This document shows, piece by piece, positions 9,015-19,354 of a stretch of 64,000 bases of DNA (its first letter is position 1; the number at the start of each line of letters is the position of its first letter). This DNA is from Planctomycetota bacterium (GTDB taxonomy: Bacteria > Planctomycetota > UBA1135 > UBA2386). Location of the stretch: assembly GCA_965228735.1 (NCBI GenBank), contig OZ245838.1, forward strand, positions 1,376,001 through 1,440,000. Direction: 5' to 3'. The notes under the pieces are model-generated. The model did no database searches, was not told the DNA's origin, and worked only from the letters and a program-made list of their open reading frames with translations. A program made the translations under genes and the position numbers.

Positions 9015-10007
9015 ATGCGGTCCCCCGGTCGAGCCGACGTGCCTGACGAGCCGAACGTGCTCGAGCTGCGCTCGCGCGTCCCCGGCAAGTCCGCGGGCCA
9101 GCCGCTCGGCGACTACCTCGCGGGCCGGTTCCGATACCACGACCGCGACGCGTGGGCCGCGCACGTCACCGCCGGCCGCGTGCTCGTCGACGGCAGATCG
9201 GCGCACGCGGACGACCCCGTGCGGGCCGGTGCCGAGGTGCTCTACCGCAAGGTGCATCGTGAGCCCTGGGTGGACGACCGCATCCGAGTGCTGCACACCG
9301 ACCCCGATCTCGTCGTGGTCGACAAGCCGGCCCACCTGCCGATGCACGCGGACGGCCCGTTCGTGCGCCACACGCTGATCCACCTGCTGCGCACGGCACA
9401 CGACTTCCCCGACGCCCGCGTCGTCCACCGGCTCGACCGCGAGACCAGCGGCGTCGTCGTGCTGCCGCGCACGCGACGCGCCAGTCGCGCGGTGCAGGAG
9501 CAGTTCCGCGCCGGAACGGTCGAGAAGCTCTACCTCACCGTCGTCGCCGGCCGCGTCGAGGAGCACTTCCACTGCGATCGCCCGATCGGGCACTCGGCGA
9601 CGAGCCGGATCGCGCTGCGCCGGTCCGCGGCGCCGGATGCCGTCGAGCCCCGGCCGGCGTTCACGCGTTTCGCCGTCGTCGAGCACGGCCCGGCCGCGAC
9701 GCTGCTGCGGTGCCAGCCGACCACGGGGCGAACCCACCAGATCCGCGTCCACCTCGAGAACTGCGGCCACCCCGTGCTCGGCGACAAGCTCTACGGGCGT
9801 CCCGACGACGACTACCTCGCGTTCGTGCATCGGATGAAGGCCGGCGGCGATCCGCGCGCGGGTCCGGACGACGCACCCGACCGCCAGCTGCTGCACGCAT
9901 GCAGCCTCGAGTTCGACCATCCGGCGACCGGCGAGCGGGTGCGCTACGAGGCCGGCGCGCCGCCATCGTTCCGCGACTGGCTGCGACGCGCGGACCGGCC
10001 GTCGTGA
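9015..10007 (+). CDS. RluA/RluD family pseudouridine synthase
   Basis: S4-like N-terminus, VVDKPAHLPMH, VHRLDRETSG, TGRTHQIRVHL, HPVLGDKLYG, LLHA; start could be GTG 9039. Confidence 0.92.
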   Translation: MRSPGRADVPDEPNVLELRSRVPGKSAGQPLGDYLAGRFRYHDRDAWAAHVTAGRVLVDGRSAHADDPVRAGAEVLYRKVHREPWVDDRIRVLHTDPDLVVVDKPAHLPMHADGPFVRHTLIHLLRTAHDFPDARVVHRLDRETSGVVVLPRTRRASRAVQEQFRAGTVEKLYLTVVAGRVEEHFHCDRPIGHSATSRIALRRSAAPDAVEPRPAFTRFAVVEHGPAATLLRCQPTTGRTHQIRVHLENCGHPVLGDKLYGRPDDDYLAFVHRMKAGGDPRAGPDDAPDRQLLHACSLEFDHPATGERVRYEAGAPPSFRDWLRRADRPS

Positions 10008-10050
10008 TGCCGCGACTCCCCACTCGCGTCGGGCGCCGGAACCCGCGACG

Positions 10051-10824
10051 ATGACGCCAATGAAGCACGCGCTGCTTTTCGCCCGCCGCACGCGGCGGCT
10101 CGGGGTCCTGCTCGCTCTCGCCGGCGCGGCGTGCAACTCGTCCCCGCCCGTCGACCCCGGGAACGGCGGGGCTGCGGCGAACGGCGGCGAGCCCGCCGCG
10201 GCCGACCTCGACACCGCTGCCCGGGACCTCGTCGCGGCCGCCCCGGCCAACTGGTCCGCGCAACTCGTCGAGGTCGCCGCCCATGGTGCGGCCGCTGGCC
10301 CCGCGCTCGTCGCCGCGATCGATCGCAACCGCGCCGGCCCCGGCGCGCCGCCCGCGGTCGCGCTGCTGGGCCGCATCGGTGACGACGAGGCCGGCGCGTT
10401 CCTCCTGGGGCTCGTCGCGGACCGCGGGGCGCTCGCGCTCGAGGCGGCGCTGGCGCTCGGCCACCTCACGGCGACCGCAGACCTCACGGCGACGAGGCAG
10501 AAGGCGCTCGTCACGGTCGCGAACGACCGCTTCGCCGACCCTGGCCTGCGCACCGCCGCGGCGTGTTCGGCGATCCGGCTCGGCGCGCGCGCCGAGGTCG
10601 CGGCGCTCGTCCGCGGCGTTCTGCTCGCCGGCACGCCGACCGGCCGCGAACTGCAGCAGGTGCTCGGCCTGCCGTTGCGGCCGCGCTGGGCCTACGAGCG
10701 GTACCTGATCCAGCGCATGCTGCGAGACGTGAACCCCGAGCTGCCGGGCTTCGACACCGACGCGCCGTGGGCCGACCTGCAGGCCGCCGCCGACCGCGCC
10801 ACGGCGTGGCTGCGCGGCTCCTGA
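10051..10824 (+). CDS. Hypothetical lipoprotein with HEAT-like repeats
   Basis: LLALAGAA-C lipobox; Ala/Leu-rich helices (AVALLGRIGD, AALALGHL). Confidence 0.65.
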   Translation: MTPMKHALLFARRTRRLGVLLALAGAACNSSPPVDPGNGGAAANGGEPAAADLDTAARDLVAAAPANWSAQLVEVAAHGAAAGPALVAAIDRNRAGPGAPPAVALLGRIGDDEAGAFLLGLVADRGALALEAALALGHLTATADLTATRQKALVTVANDRFADPGLRTAAACSAIRLGARAEVAALVRGVLLAGTPTGRELQQVLGLPLRPRWAYERYLIQRMLRDVNPELPGFDTDAPWADLQAAADRATAWLRGS

Positions 10825-10830
10825 CGCTCG

Positions 10831-11385
10831 CTAGGGAAACATCGGCGCGACGCTCTGCACGGCGACGTCGCGGATCCCGAAGTTGCGGACCTGCACGCGG
10901 CCCTTCATCGCCATGCCGCCGTCCTCGCACTCGACCAGCACGTCGGCGTCCCCGTTCTCCGTCGCGTTGGCGAGGTCGCTCAACACCTCGATGTTGCGGT
11001 AGCCGAGCTGCAGCAGCCGGGTCTCGACGAGGGCGAGCACGCGCGCGGCGGTCGATTGTGGGGAGCTCTGGAGCGCGGGCTCGACGTCTTCGACGGGCGC
11101 GACCACGCGCGGCTCGGGCGTGGGAATCTGCACGATCGCCTCACGCACGGTGCCCGTCGCCTCCCGCAGGTCCTCGAGGTCCTCGTGCAGCCGATCCAGC
11201 TGCTGCTCGACGCGCTCGAACTTGAGCTTGGAGAGCGCCTCCGCCAGCGCCTCGAGCCGGTTGTCGAGGGACTCGATCCCGCGCAGTCGCTGCAGGTGCT
11301 CCTCGAACTTCATGAGCCGCAGATGCACGAGGACGTAGCCCACGAGCAACGCGATGAAGAACAGGCTGAACTGCAAAACGCTCAT
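10831..11385 (-). CDS. Hypothetical N-terminally anchored coiled-coil protein
   Basis: TM at residues ~3-23, heptad-rich segment, small C-terminal alpha/beta domain. Confidence 0.7.
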   Translation of the reverse strand: MSVLQFSLFFIALLVGYVLVHLRLMKFEEHLQRLRGIESLDNRLEALAEALSKLKFERVEQQLDRLHEDLEDLREATGTVREAIVQIPTPEPRVVAPVEDVEPALQSSPQSTAARVLALVETRLLQLGYRNIEVLSDLANATENGDADVLVECEDGGMAMKGRVQVRNFGIRDVAVQSVAPMFP

Positions 11386-11478
11386 GCAGGCCGAACTCTA
11401 CGGCCGCACCGCCGAACTTCCTACTCCCTGAGCTTCGCCCAGGGTGACGGAACGGGCGCACCGGCACCCGCCGGGCGG

Positions 11479-13008
11479 CTACCGCTCGGCACCGTCATCG
11501 GTCGTCGGCGGGTCGATGAGGGCATCCGCCTCGTCGCCACCGACTCCCGTCTCCGCGCTCGCATCGGCAGTTGCGCCGTCCTCGGCGGGGTCCGCCGTCG
11601 CCACCGCGCCCGCCGTCGCTGCGGACCCGGCCCCTCGACCGACCGCCCAGCCGAAGTAGTAGAGGACGCCCGTCCCGAGGATGCCGAGGCCGTAGAGCGC
11701 GTTTCGCTGCTCCGCCGGATCGAGCAACAGCGCCACGACGAACGCGACCGACACGAGCACGAAGAGCGCCGGCGTGATCGGGTAGCCAGTGCAGCGGTAT
11801 GGCCGCACGATGTCGGGCTGGCGCGCCCGCAGCACGTAGATCCCGGCCACGGTCATCGCGTAGAAGAGGAACCCCGCGAACACGACGAACGCGGTGATGT
11901 CGTCGAACTTCTGCAGGTAGATGACGACGAGGATCGCCCAGACCGCCTGCACCCAGATCGACACGACCGGCGTCTTCCATCGCGGACTGACCTGGCTCAG
12001 GACCTTCGGCACCATGCCGTCCTGCGCCATCGCATAGAACGCCCGCGGCGAGGACAGGAAGTTCGGGTTCGCCGCGCCCATGACCGAGATCGCGATCGCG
12101 ACGGTCAGATACCCCGCCACCTCCGGGCTGAAGATGCGCGCGACGGTGCGGTAGGCGACCTGCTGCTTGTCACTGTCCGGCAGCGACCGCATCTCCTCGA
12201 ACGGCACCATCTCGAGGTAGATCCAGTTCATCGCGGCGTACACCACGATGAGGATGAACATGCCGAGGATGAGGCCGGCCGGGACGTTGCGGCCCGGGCG
12301 TTTGATCTCGGCCGCGTTGAACGGCATCTGGTACCAACCCTCGTAGGCCCAGAAGATGCCGATGAACGCCGCGACGAGGCCGGCCATCGTCAGACTGGTC
12401 TGGGCGCCCTCGACCGGCGTGAACGTGCTCGGATCCGGCACGACCTCGGCGGCAGCCGCGCCGCCGTCTCCGAGTACGAGCATGCCGCCGCCGACGACGA
12501 CCGTGCCGAGCGCGCCGACCTTCGCCAGCGTCGACACGTTCTGCAGCAGCGCGCCGAGCACGACCCCGAAGTGGTTGACGAGCGCGAGGAACACGATCAT
12601 TACCGCTGCGAGCGCGGTCTTGGTGACCGGGTTCGTCGTGTCGAGCCCGAATGCCGGCAACAAGAACTCGGCGAACGCGACGGCCAACGCGGCGACCGTG
12701 CCGCTGTTGATGACCCAGAAGAACACCCAGCCATAGGTGAACGCGACGCCGCGCCCCCAGGCCTCGCGGAGGAATGCGTACTGCCCGCCGGCCTCGGGAT
12801 ACATCGCCCCGAGCTCGCCGTAGGCAAACGCGCCGAACAGACAGATCACGCCGAGCCCGAGCCACAGCGCGAAGATCCACGTCACGCTCGGCAGGCTCTG
12901 CGATACGGCCAGTGGCTTGAGGAAGATGCCGGAGCCGATCACGGCCCCGACGGTGATCGACGTCGCGCTGATCAGCCCGAGACGTCGTTGCAGCTGGCCG
13001 GACTCCAT
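11479..13008 (-). CDS. APC family amino acid permease
   Basis: LQRRLGL, GAVIGSGIF, YGELGAMYPEAGGQYAFL, FWAYEGW, PRAFYAMAQDG, RPYR..GYP; ~12 TMs. Confidence 0.92.
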   Translation of the reverse strand: MESGQLQRRLGLISATSITVGAVIGSGIFLKPLAVSQSLPSVTWIFALWLGLGVICLFGAFAYGELGAMYPEAGGQYAFLREAWGRGVAFTYGWVFFWVINSGTVAALAVAFAEFLLPAFGLDTTNPVTKTALAAVMIVFLALVNHFGVVLGALLQNVSTLAKVGALGTVVVGGGMLVLGDGGAAAAEVVPDPSTFTPVEGAQTSLTMAGLVAAFIGIFWAYEGWYQMPFNAAEIKRPGRNVPAGLILGMFILIVVYAAMNWIYLEMVPFEEMRSLPDSDKQQVAYRTVARIFSPEVAGYLTVAIAISVMGAANPNFLSSPRAFYAMAQDGMVPKVLSQVSPRWKTPVVSIWVQAVWAILVVIYLQKFDDITAFVVFAGFLFYAMTVAGIYVLRARQPDIVRPYRCTGYPITPALFVLVSVAFVVALLLDPAEQRNALYGLGILGTGVLYYFGWAVGRGAGSAATAGAVATADPAEDGATADASAETGVGGDEADALIDPPTTDDGAER

Positions 13009-13070
13009 TGCACGAAAGGGTACGCCGACGGCAAACCCCGCGCTACAACCTCACGAACTCACGCTCTGCG

Positions 13071-15056
13071 ATGCGCGGCCGCTTCCGATACCTCCTGGCG
13101 CTCTCCTTCCTCCTGCTCTTCGCGCTGCTGCCAGCACCCGACGCGGAGAACGGCCGGCCGTACCTCGGGTATCTGCAGGTGCGCGCGTGGTTGCTCGACG
13201 AAGGTGACTCACCGCTGAACGCCTGGCTCCAGGCCGGTGAATTGCCCGACCTCGCGGTCGACCTGCGCACGAGTCCGCCGATCGTCGACGCCGAAGAACG
13301 CGCAGCTGCCGCGAACGAGTATCGCCGGCTCGTGCAGGAGTTCGCGGTCATCAAGTCGGCGACGGTCGCCGCCCGGACGCGCGGCGCGCTGCCCTTGCTC
13401 GTGCGGGTCGGTGAGTACGGCGTCCACGCCACGATGCCGGGCACCGATGGGCGGGAGATCGTGCACGGCGCGATGTTCCCGAACCGCCTGAGCCTCGTGC
13501 CCGCGGCGCTCACGATCACGATCGCGCTGCTGCTGCGGCGCGTCATCCTCGCGCTGCTGCTCGGCGGCCTCGCGGGTGCGATCGTCCACTGCGACTGGAA
13601 CGTGTTCGACGGCGCGTGGCACTTCGCCTGGGACGCGCTGATCCGCCGGTCACTGCTCGACGACTTCTACCTGCGCATCACGCTGTTCGTCGTCTTCCTG
13701 TTCATGACGGTCGGCATCGTCACCAAGAACGGCGGCATCCACGGCCTCGTGGACTGGCTGCAACGTCGCGTGCGCGGCCCTGTCGGCGCGCAGATGGCCG
13801 CGTGGCTCACGGGCCTGTCGATCTTCTTCGACGACTACACCAACTGCATGGTGACGGGCACGGCGATGCGGCCGCTCTGTGATGCCGAGGGGGTCTCGCG
13901 CGAGAAGCTCGCCTACGTGGTCGACTCCACCGCCGCGCCGGTCGCCGGCGTATCGCTGTTCTCGACCTGGGTGACCTACGAGATCTCGCAGTTCCGCAAC
14001 CCGCTGACGCTCGTCACCGATCGCGAAGGGCAGCCGTTCACGGCCGACGACGCCTACGGCGTGTTCGTCTCGACGATGCCGTTCCGGTTCTACTGCTTCC
14101 TCGCGCTGCTGCTCGTGCCGATCGTGATCCTCACGCGCCGCGACTTCGGGCCGATGCTGACCGCCGAACGCCGGGCCCGCGCCGGCCTGCCGCCCGAGGA
14201 CGCCGACAACCCGGGGCTCATGCGCGACGCGAGCGCCGAGCAGCCGGATCCCGGCACGCCGCGGCGCGCGCGCAACGCGATCCTGCCGATCGCGACCCTC
14301 GTCGTCGGCGCGGCGACCGCGATGCTCGGGTTCGGCATCCTGAGCGACGTCGCCTTGTTCGGCGCCTCGGCCGCCGCCTGGGTGCTCGCCGTCCTCCTGA
14401 CGCGCGTCCAGGGCCTGCTCGACTGGCGCCAGATCCTGCGCACGTCGATCGGTGCCACGCGCGCGCTCACGACCGCGTTCGGCATCCTCTTTCTCGCGTG
14501 GACGCTCGGTCACATCAGCGGCGACCTCGGAACCCGCGACTTCCTCGCCGCGGGCGCCCGCGAGGCGATGGCGCCCTGGCTGCTGCCCATCGCGCTGTTC
14601 CTGCTCTCCGCGGTGATCGCGTTCGCGACCGGCACGAGCTTCGGCACGATGGCGATCCTGCTGCCGAACGTCGTGCTGCTGAGTCACCAGCTCGGCACCG
14701 ACGCCGCGTTCCTCGGCGATCCGACGACCGGCGGGCCGCTGCTGATGATGCTCAGCATCGGCGCCGTTCTCGAAGGCGCGATCTTCGGCGATCACTGTTC
14801 CCCGATCAGCGACACGACCGTGCTCAGTTCGCTCGGCACCCGCTGCGATCACCTTGCCCACGTCGGCACCCAGCTCCCCTACGCGCTGCTGACCGCGGGC
14901 ACCGCGCTGCTTTGCGGCTACCTGCCGATGGTGACCCTCGGGCCCGATTGGTGGCCGCTGTCGTACGTGCTCGCGGTGGTCGTCTTCGTCGCGTTCCTGC
15001 GCATCGTCGGGCGCGACGCCGGTCCGCGAGCGGCACCGATTACGTCCACTCCTTGA
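13071..15056 (+). CDS. Na+/H+ antiporter NhaC family protein
   Basis: IFFDDYTN, SREKLAYVVDSTAAP, FATGTSFGTMAI, GAIFGDHCSPISDTTVLSS, HVGTQLPYAL. Confidence 0.9.
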   Translation: MRGRFRYLLALSFLLLFALLPAPDAENGRPYLGYLQVRAWLLDEGDSPLNAWLQAGELPDLAVDLRTSPPIVDAEERAAAANEYRRLVQEFAVIKSATVAARTRGALPLLVRVGEYGVHATMPGTDGREIVHGAMFPNRLSLVPAALTITIALLLRRVILALLLGGLAGAIVHCDWNVFDGAWHFAWDALIRRSLLDDFYLRITLFVVFLFMTVGIVTKNGGIHGLVDWLQRRVRGPVGAQMAAWLTGLSIFFDDYTNCMVTGTAMRPLCDAEGVSREKLAYVVDSTAAPVAGVSLFSTWVTYEISQFRNPLTLVTDREGQPFTADDAYGVFVSTMPFRFYCFLALLLVPIVILTRRDFGPMLTAERRARAGLPPEDADNPGLMRDASAEQPDPGTPRRARNAILPIATLVVGAATAMLGFGILSDVALFGASAAAWVLAVLLTRVQGLLDWRQILRTSIGATRALTTAFGILFLAWTLGHISGDLGTRDFLAAGAREAMAPWLLPIALFLLSAVIAFATGTSFGTMAILLPNVVLLSHQLGTDAAFLGDPTTGGPLLMMLSIGAVLEGAIFGDHCSPISDTTVLSSLGTRCDHLAHVGTQLPYALLTAGTALLCGYLPMVTLGPDWWPLSYVLAVVVFVAFLRIVGRDAGPRAAPITSTP

Positions 15057-15519
15057 TCAGGCGACCATCGCCGTCACGGAACGCGCCGCACGCGATGAGG
15101 ATCCAATCGACCGTCGCCCAGATCCCGGTGACGATCAGGCCGACGACCGTGATCGAGAGCACGAGCATGGCGATGCCCGACCCGGTGCGCCCGGCATAGA
15201 ACCGGTGAATGCCCAACGGCCCGATGAAGAACGCGAGCAGGAACGCCGGCAGCGCAAGTTTGTCCGAAACATCGCCGCCACTCTGCGGGCGCGGACTGCG
15301 GTAGCTGCCGCCCGCATCGTCGTCGAAGTCGGTGTCCAGCACGGCCGGCATCACCCCCGGCACCGTATGCAGGCGCCGCCACTCCGGCTCCCCCTCGACC
15401 CAGGCGTAGGCGTCCGACTGCACGCGGCCCGACTCGAGCATCGCGTTGAGCTCGGAGACCGTGTAGGGACCGTAGTTGTCGTTGCCGTGACGAACGAGGA
15501 CCTTGCGGGCAGTGGACAT
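15040..15519 (-). CDS. GYF_2 (DUF4339) + TM2 domain protein
   Basis: YGPYTVSEL..GRV..AYAWVEGEPEW; AFLLAFFIGPLGIHRFYAG..GIAML. Confidence 0.85.
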   Translation of the reverse strand: MSTARKVLVRHGNDNYGPYTVSELNAMLESGRVQSDAYAWVEGEPEWRRLHTVPGVMPAVLDTDFDDDAGGSYRSPRPQSGGDVSDKLALPAFLLAFFIGPLGIHRFYAGRTGSGIAMLVLSITVVGLIVTGIWATVDWILIACGAFRDGDGRLIKEWT

Positions 15520-15626
15520 GCGGGGATCTTACGGGCGCGGCGCCGAGTACACGGAAATCCTCCTGTCGGCCACCCGGTCGGGCAAAACCACGGTCCAGTT
15601 GCCGACCAACGGGCTCGGGGCGGCCT

Positions 15627-16919
15627 TCAGCGCAGCAGCTCGGCGAGCCGGGCCGCCCGTTCGGTCGACGCTTTATCCGCCCGGCCGGGGGCCCCGGCGG
15701 CGGCAGCCTGGGCGGCCAGCAGCCACAGCCGGGCGAGCAGGGGCCGGCCGGCGTGCAGGGCCGCAAAGCCGAGGTCCGCGGCCTCCGCCGGCGTCGCGGT
15801 GACCGGCTCGCAGTCCACGAGCGCGACGGTCGGGAACCGCAGACCGCGGTCGGTCGCGATCCGCAACGTCACCCGGCGGGCGCCGGCGTCGGCGACCCGA
15901 CCGAGGAGGCGTTCGTCCCCCACGCCGGCCCGCACCTCGCGGTTCCCGGTGAGCGGCTTCGGCGTGGGCACGGCGGTCAGGTCCACGGCCGAATCGCCCG
16001 GATCCGCGAGCGGCGCGACCCCGAGCGCCGCGAACCGGGTGTTGACCGCGGCGCGGAACTGCCCGGCGCCGTCGCGCCACGCATCCTCGATCCGACGCGC
16101 TGCCGCCAGGACGTCGCCGTTCTGCGCGGCGGCGAACACCTCGTCGCAGACGGTGCGCATGCGCTGCCGCAGCGCGACGTTGGCCTGCAGAACGACCGCC
16201 TGCTGCGGCTCCGACAGGGCGAACCCGGCGAGGTCGTGCAGACAACTCTCCGCGGCCGCGAACCGATCCGTCGTCATGCGGTTGGCGGCGAGCGCGAGCA
16301 GGCTCGCGAAGCGGTCCGGGTCGAACTCGGAGCCCGGCGCGGCCCCGACAGGCGCCGCGCCGGCCCCCGGCCGGCCGATCCCGGGAACGCCGTTCGCGGG
16401 GGCGCCGTTCGAGTCCGGGCCAGGCGAAGGCGTGCCGCCCGCGAGAACGGGCTCGGCACCGGACTGGGAACCGGGCTCGGCGACTGGCTCGGCACTGGGC
16501 TCGGCACTGGGCTCGCCACTGGGCTCGCCACTGGGCTCAGCACCAGGCCCGCCCGGCGGGTTCCCGGCAAGCGCCGCGGTCGCGGCGCTCTCCGCCACGG
16601 ACGCCGCTCCGCCGGCCGGAGCGGGGCCGGGGTCGTTGGGGTTGGTGGGCCCGCCCGCCACGACCCCGCCGTCGTTGCTGGCTACATCGCCGTCCCGCCG
16701 ACTGCCGCGCTCGCCCTGAGCCGCGGGGCCGGCCGCGTCGGGCGGACCAGCGCCCGCGGTCGTGCCGTCGTCGCCGCTGCCGAACCAACCGGCACCGGCA
16801 CCAGCGAGCAGCGCGACGATGCCGACCGCGATCCACGCGCGGCGGCGCCAGCGGCGCCGGCGCGGGGTGGCTGGCGGGGCAGCGCGCGGCGACGGGCTCG
16901 GGTCACGCGGCTCGGACAT
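15627..16919 (-). CDS. Hypothetical membrane-anchored protein with long Pro/Gly/Ala-rich linker
   Basis: RRRRWRRR + TM, low-complexity EPS(G/A) repeats, helical C-terminus; alternative start 16964. Confidence 0.55.
   Translation of the reverse strand: MSEPRDPSPSPRAAPPATPRRRRWRRRAWIAVGIVALLAGAGAGWFGSGDDGTTAGAGPPDAAGPAAQGERGSRRDGDVASNDGGVVAGGPTNPNDPGPAPAGGAASVAESAATAALAGNPPGGPGAEPSGEPSGEPSAEPSAEPVAEPGSQSGAEPVLAGGTPSPGPDSNGAPANGVPGIGRPGAGAAPVGAAPGSEFDPDRFASLLALAANRMTTDRFAAAESCLHDLAGFALSEPQQAVVLQANVALRQRMRTVCDEVFAAAQNGDVLAAARRIEDAWRDGAGQFRAAVNTRFAALGVAPLADPGDSAVDLTAVPTPKPLTGNREVRAGVGDERLLGRVADAGARRVTLRIATDRGLRFPTVALVDCEPVTATPAEAADLGFAALHAGRPLLARLWLLAAQAAAAGAPGRADKASTERAARLAELLR
16471..16542. repeat. 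12-bp coding tandem repeat (ACTGGGCTCGSC; EPSG/EPSA)
   Basis: At least four near-perfect units plus degenerate flanks. Confidence 0.85.
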
Positions 16920-17035
16920 GGCGTGCCATTGTCGCCGATCCGCGGGCGAAGTCGTCACCGACAATGCCGCGACGAGGCCTTATTCCCGCAGCCCGGATAC
17001 CAGTCGAGGACCGGGCAACCGCGCGACTCCGCGAC

Positions 17036-17635
17036 TCACGCGCCACGATCCGCCGCGGACAGCCCGAGCAGCGCAGCCGCCTTGCGCTGCAGCCGCAGCA
17101 CGCTCTCCTCGGTCGTCGCGCTCGCGAGTTCGGCGAACGCGAACCAACGCAGGTCGTTCGACTCGTCCGACATCGAGAGCTCCTGGCCCGTGCCCGCGCG
17201 CAGCAGGAAGCGGACGTCCCAGTGATCGTGCCGCGGTTCGCTGCCGCGCGCCGGGATCGGGTGGACGTCGAGATCGAGCGGCACGAGCCGGCCCGCGCGG
17301 CCAGCGTTCTCCCACCACGGCACGAAGGCGAACTCCGCCATGCCGCTCTCCTCCTGCGCCTCGCGCAGCGCGGCGCGTTCGACCTCCGCCTCGCCGTCGA
17401 CGTGCCCGCCGAGCTGCAGCCACCGGTCGAGCTTGCGATGGTGCGTGAGCAGCACCCGCCGCCCCTCGGGATCGAGGATCCAGCACGACGCCGTGATGTG
17501 GCCCGGGCCGCAGCTGCGCAGCAGACAGTCAGCGTGCGTGTTCACGAACGCGCGGAAGCGGTCGACGAGCTCACGCTCGCCGGGCCACGCCGCGAGGTAG
17601 CGGGCCAGCAGATCGATCAGCGGTCGTCGGTGCAC
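17036..17635 (-). CDS. NUDIX hydrolase
   Basis: GHITASCWI, LLTHHRKLDRWLQLGGHVDG, ALREAQEESG, DLDVHPIP, HWDVRF. Confidence 0.9.
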   Translation of the reverse strand: MHRRPLIDLLARYLAAWPGERELVDRFRAFVNTHADCLLRSCGPGHITASCWILDPEGRRVLLTHHRKLDRWLQLGGHVDGEAEVERAALREAQEESGMAEFAFVPWWENAGRAGRLVPLDLDVHPIPARGSEPRHDHWDVRFLLRAGTGQELSMSDESNDLRWFAFAELASATTEESVLRLQRKAAALLGLSAADRGA

Positions 17636-19227
17636 GGCTCGATCATCCGGCGCAACGCGCCCTCGTCCACCTTGCCGTTGGGATTGGTCGGCATCGTCTC
17701 GACGACGTGCACGACGGTCGGCTGCATGTAGCCCGGCAATCGCGATCGCGCGTGCTGGCGCAACCGCCGAACGAGATCGGCATCGCGCGCATCCCCGGCT
17801 GCGACGAGCACGATCTCCTGACCCGCTGCGCCGCAGTCCCGTCCGAACGCGACGACCGCCGGTGTCCCCGGCGCATCGGCGAACGCGGCCGCGATCTCGT
17901 CCGGCGATATGCGGTAGCCCTGCACCTTGATCATCCGATCACGCCGCGCGACGAACGTGTGCCGGCCGGCCGCGTCCCGCCGCACGAGGTCACCCGAATA
18001 CACGACCCGCTCACCCGCACGCCCGGGGCGCGGATCCGGCCGAAACCGCGCGGCCGTCTGCTCGGGCCGTTCCCAGTAACCGGCGGCCACGAGCGCGCCC
18101 GCGTGGACCAGCTCACCGACGCCCTCGCCCTCGATCAGATCGCCGGTGTCCGGATCGACGAGCAGCAGCTCGACGCCCGGGATCGCGCGGCCGAAGGACT
18201 CCGGGTGTCGATCGAACTCGGCCGGGTCGAGGCAGGCGCTGCGGAACGCCTCGGTCAGCCCGTACATCGAGTAGATCGCGACGTTCGGCCAGCGCGCCCG
18301 CAGCAGCGCGGAGTCCTCGCGCCGCAGCACGCCGCCGGTGCTGGTCACGTAGCGCAGCGACGCACCGTGATTCGCCGTGAGCACGCCCGATTCGAGCGCG
18401 CGCGCGACTTCGTGCCAGAGCCATGGCACGCCCGCGAGCCCCGTCGGGCGCACGCGTTGGAGCAGGTGGCTGAGCTCGCCGACGCCGAGGTGATCCGCGC
18501 CCGTGAAGCGGCAGCCGACGAACAGCGCCGACAACAGCTGGTTGAGCCCGTAGTCGAAGCTCAGCGGCAGCACCGTGAGCAGGTGATCGGCCGGCGTGAG
18601 CGCCAGGTAGTCGGCGACGACGGCGGCGCCGTACGCGAGGTTGCCGTGCGTCTGGATCACGCCCTTGCTGAGCCCCGTGCTGCCGCTCGTGTAGAGCAAC
18701 ACGGCCGGCGCGTCCCCGAGCGGTGATTCGAACGCAGAGGGCCCGGCCGGATCCGGCTGCACGTCGGCCGCGGTCGCGGTCAGTCGCGCACTCGCGAGCC
18801 CGCTCCCGAGTTCGTCCGCGTGACATCGCAGCAACCGCGACCCGGTGAGCGTGCCGGCGGGATCGCGCAGTGCCAGCAGCCGCACGTGACTCGTCACGAC
18901 GACGGTCGGCCGGCAGTCCTGGATCACGTGCCGGATCTGGGCGTCCTTGAGCTTGCCGTTGATCGGCACCGCGATCGCGCCGGCGACCGTCGCGCCGAGG
19001 ATCGCGATCGCCTCCTCCGCCGACCGTTCGACGAGGACCGCCACGCGCTCGCCGGCCTGCACTCCCACGCCCTGCAGCTCGGCCGCCATCGCCGCGACCC
19101 GCGCCGCGAACTCGGCCCCGGGCAGGGCCCGCTCCGCGACGGTGAAGAACGGCGCTGCGCCACGCGCCGCGGCTCCGCGAACGAGCGCGACGAGGTCGTT
19201 CGGCGCATCGATGCGAGCGTTGCTCAC
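17617..19227 (-). CDS. AMP-forming acyl-CoA ligase resembling the exosortase A/PEP-CTERM-associated family
   Basis: YTSGSTGLSKG, LPLSFDYGLNQL, MYGLTEAFRS, GELVHAGALVAAGYW, SGDLVRRD, MIKVQGYRISP, NGKVD. Confidence 0.85.
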   Translation of the reverse strand: MSNARIDAPNDLVALVRGAAARGAAPFFTVAERALPGAEFAARVAAMAAELQGVGVQAGERVAVLVERSAEEAIAILGATVAGAIAVPINGKLKDAQIRHVIQDCRPTVVVTSHVRLLALRDPAGTLTGSRLLRCHADELGSGLASARLTATAADVQPDPAGPSAFESPLGDAPAVLLYTSGSTGLSKGVIQTHGNLAYGAAVVADYLALTPADHLLTVLPLSFDYGLNQLLSALFVGCRFTGADHLGVGELSHLLQRVRPTGLAGVPWLWHEVARALESGVLTANHGASLRYVTSTGGVLRREDSALLRARWPNVAIYSMYGLTEAFRSACLDPAEFDRHPESFGRAIPGVELLLVDPDTGDLIEGEGVGELVHAGALVAAGYWERPEQTAARFRPDPRPGRAGERVVYSGDLVRRDAAGRHTFVARRDRMIKVQGYRISPDEIAAAFADAPGTPAVVAFGRDCGAAGQEIVLVAAGDARDADLVRRLRQHARSRLPGYMQPTVVHVVETMPTNPNGKVDEGALRRMIEPCTDDR

Positions 19228-19260
19228 CAGAGCGCCTCCCGATCCGCCGGGCTCGCGTCC

Positions 19261-19305
19261 GCCACCCTCACCTCTGCCACTCTCGCGGCCGCCACTCTCG
19301 CCGCC
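19261..19305. repeat. 15-bp imperfect tandem repeat x3 (GCCACTCTCGCSGCC)
   Basis: Units at 19261, 19276, 19291. Confidence 0.7.
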
Positions 19306-19313
19306 GGACGGGC

Positions 19314-19350
19314 AAGAAAAACGGCACCTGCCGCGGAGCGACAGGTGCCG
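19314..19350 (-). terminator. Intrinsic terminator after tRNA-Glu
   Basis: Stem CGGCACCTG/CAGGTGCCG followed by TTTTTCTT on minus strand. Confidence 0.85.
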
Positions 19351-19354
19351 AGCT

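Noticed and set aside
16471..16542. Short repeats as a CRISPR array
   Set aside because: 12-bp head-to-tail coding repeats without spacers; no cas genes
17617..19227. NRPS module
   Set aside because: Stand-alone adenylation-fold enzyme with no carrier or condensation domain nearby
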